Positions 62,677-64,000 of a stretch of 64,000 nt of DNA are shown here, piece after piece. Made by a program: the position numbers and the translations under genes. The notes beneath the pieces are model-generated. The model was not told where the DNA came from. It searched no databases and saw only the letters and a program-made list of their open reading frames with translations. Origin of the DNA: Entomortierella parvispora E1425. Lineage: Eukaryota; Fungi; Mortierellomycota. The first letter of the stretch is position 1, and each line of letters begins with the position of its first letter. The DNA is taken from positions 248,001-312,000 of the forward strand of contig BQFW01000013.1 of NCBI GenBank assembly GCA_020891255.1, in the 5' to 3' direction.

Positions 62677-63702
62677 ATGAACTCTCAATCGCACTTTGAG
62701 CCATTGCCGACCGCATTGTCGGGACCGTCGACTTTGCCACTGGTGGGCGATAACGGTCTCTATGATCCGGCTCAATACGCGACTGCATCGTTGCCAGCGT
62801 TGGCTGCTGTGGCCCAACAGCGTCAGCAACAGCAGCATCAGCAACAACAACAGCAACAGCAGCAGTCTGGAACGTTTACATCGTCGTCTCCGGTGTCAAA
62901 CTCGAAACTGAGCCTGAACAGACCGTCCAGCCAGGACCCTCAGCCTGCACAGCCACCACTGCCACCGCAACAAGTCCAGCAGTTCTCGCTGTCGCAGATC
63001 GACACTCTTCAACAGCAACCGTCGCAGCAGCCATCGCAGCAGCAGCCATTGCAACAGCAGCTTTTTAATCAGCAGCAACAGCAAGATCCAGTGCGGATGG
63101 AGCAGCAACGTCTCCTTCTTCTACAGAGGCAGCATCAGGCTCAGCTTCAGGTTCAACAGTTGCAGCTCAAGCAGCGCCAGAGGCAGATCGAGAATCAGCA
63201 GCAGCAGCAGCAGAAGCAGCAGCAACAACTGCAGCAGCAGCAGCACCTATCGTCCCAAAAGCAGTTCTCCCATCTGGTCGCTTCGCGCGATTCGCCGATC
63301 GCAGAAAGCCCTTTCTTGCCTGCTTCCTCCTCCTCTCCATCGCCGTCGCCTTCATCTGCGCTCTTACTGGCATCTTCCTCTTCTTCCTCTTCCTTCTCAC
63401 TAAACACCTCTCCGTCGCCTTTCTTTCCTCTTCCAAACAACCATAACCACTTTGTGGACACTAGCTATTCGTCCGCCTCCAATCAATCTTCAACCGTCTT
63501 TTCTTCTTCCTCGGGGCTAAACCCATTGCAGTCCTTGCACCCTCTTCATCCTCTTCTTGTCCCTACACTTTCTACAGGTCAAGCTCCTACCTCGGAGCCA
63601 GCTTCCTCGATGGGTATCTTGACTCTTCCTCAAACATCTTTCCACACCCACAACTCGTTCCTGGCCCACTCCCTCTCTCAACCACTCCAACAGATGCAAC
63701 AA

Positions 63703-63734
<32 letters not shown>

Positions 63735-64000
63735 GCAGCAACAGGTTCAGCAGCAGCAACAACAACAACAACAGCAGGTTCAGCAGCAGCTACATCAACA
63801 TCAACGGCAGCAGCTTCAGCAGCAGGCACATCATTTGCATCAACAGTCTCTTCAGCTTCAACTTCAATTGCAGCAGCAGCAACAAGAGCTGTCCCTGTCG
63901 AATGCTGGCCAGACACTGGATCAACTTAGCTTGCAGCAGTGGCAACAGCAACAGCAACAGCAACAGGATACTTTATCCCCACTCTTTCTCGGGATTGAAC
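62677..64000 (+). CDS. PolyQ/Ser-rich protein (probable transcription regulator), 3' end outside the window
   Basis: ATG at 62677 (MNSQSHFEPLPTAL...), open to the window end with several CAG/CAA polyQ tracts. Absent from the ORF track because it has no stop. Confidence 0.8.

Noticed and set aside
1-64000. tRNA, rRNA or U12-type introns
   Set aside because: No cloverleaf or rRNA-like segment and no (G/A)TATCCT donor noticed by eye. A tRNAscan/Infernal run would be needed to exclude them.

Overview
Intron-rich, GC-balanced eukaryotic DNA from an early-diverging fungus. Poly-T introns, F-box/RNI-like genes, and CASTOR, TACC and cPLA2-like genes suggest Mortierellaceae/Mucoromycota; this taxon call is an inference. 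About 19 host protein genes are supportable: F-box x2, FAD monooxygenase, SmD3, CASTOR-like, MFS, GPI protein, P5B-ATPase, cPLA2-like lipase, mL40, Tra2-like, mucin-like sensor, CsbD-like, Mx-like dynamin, TM-PAM2-CCCH protein, TACC, a polyQ protein and others. The main find is a complete 9,354-bp Mutator-type DNA transposon (40315-49668) with 83-bp TIRs and a perfect 9-bp TSD (ATAAAAAAC). Its spliced transposase gene joins a GCM DNA-binding domain, a MULE-type DDE core, a USP-like cysteine protease and a PARP-type zinc finger, and is interrupted by net +1 frameshifts. The element also carries a second, Myb/SANT-like gene. The second find is at 5.2-6.1 kb: two unrelated tandem-repeat families both read on the minus strand as intron / 3-nt exon / intron arrays. 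All domain calls come from motifs recognised by eye; no searches were run.
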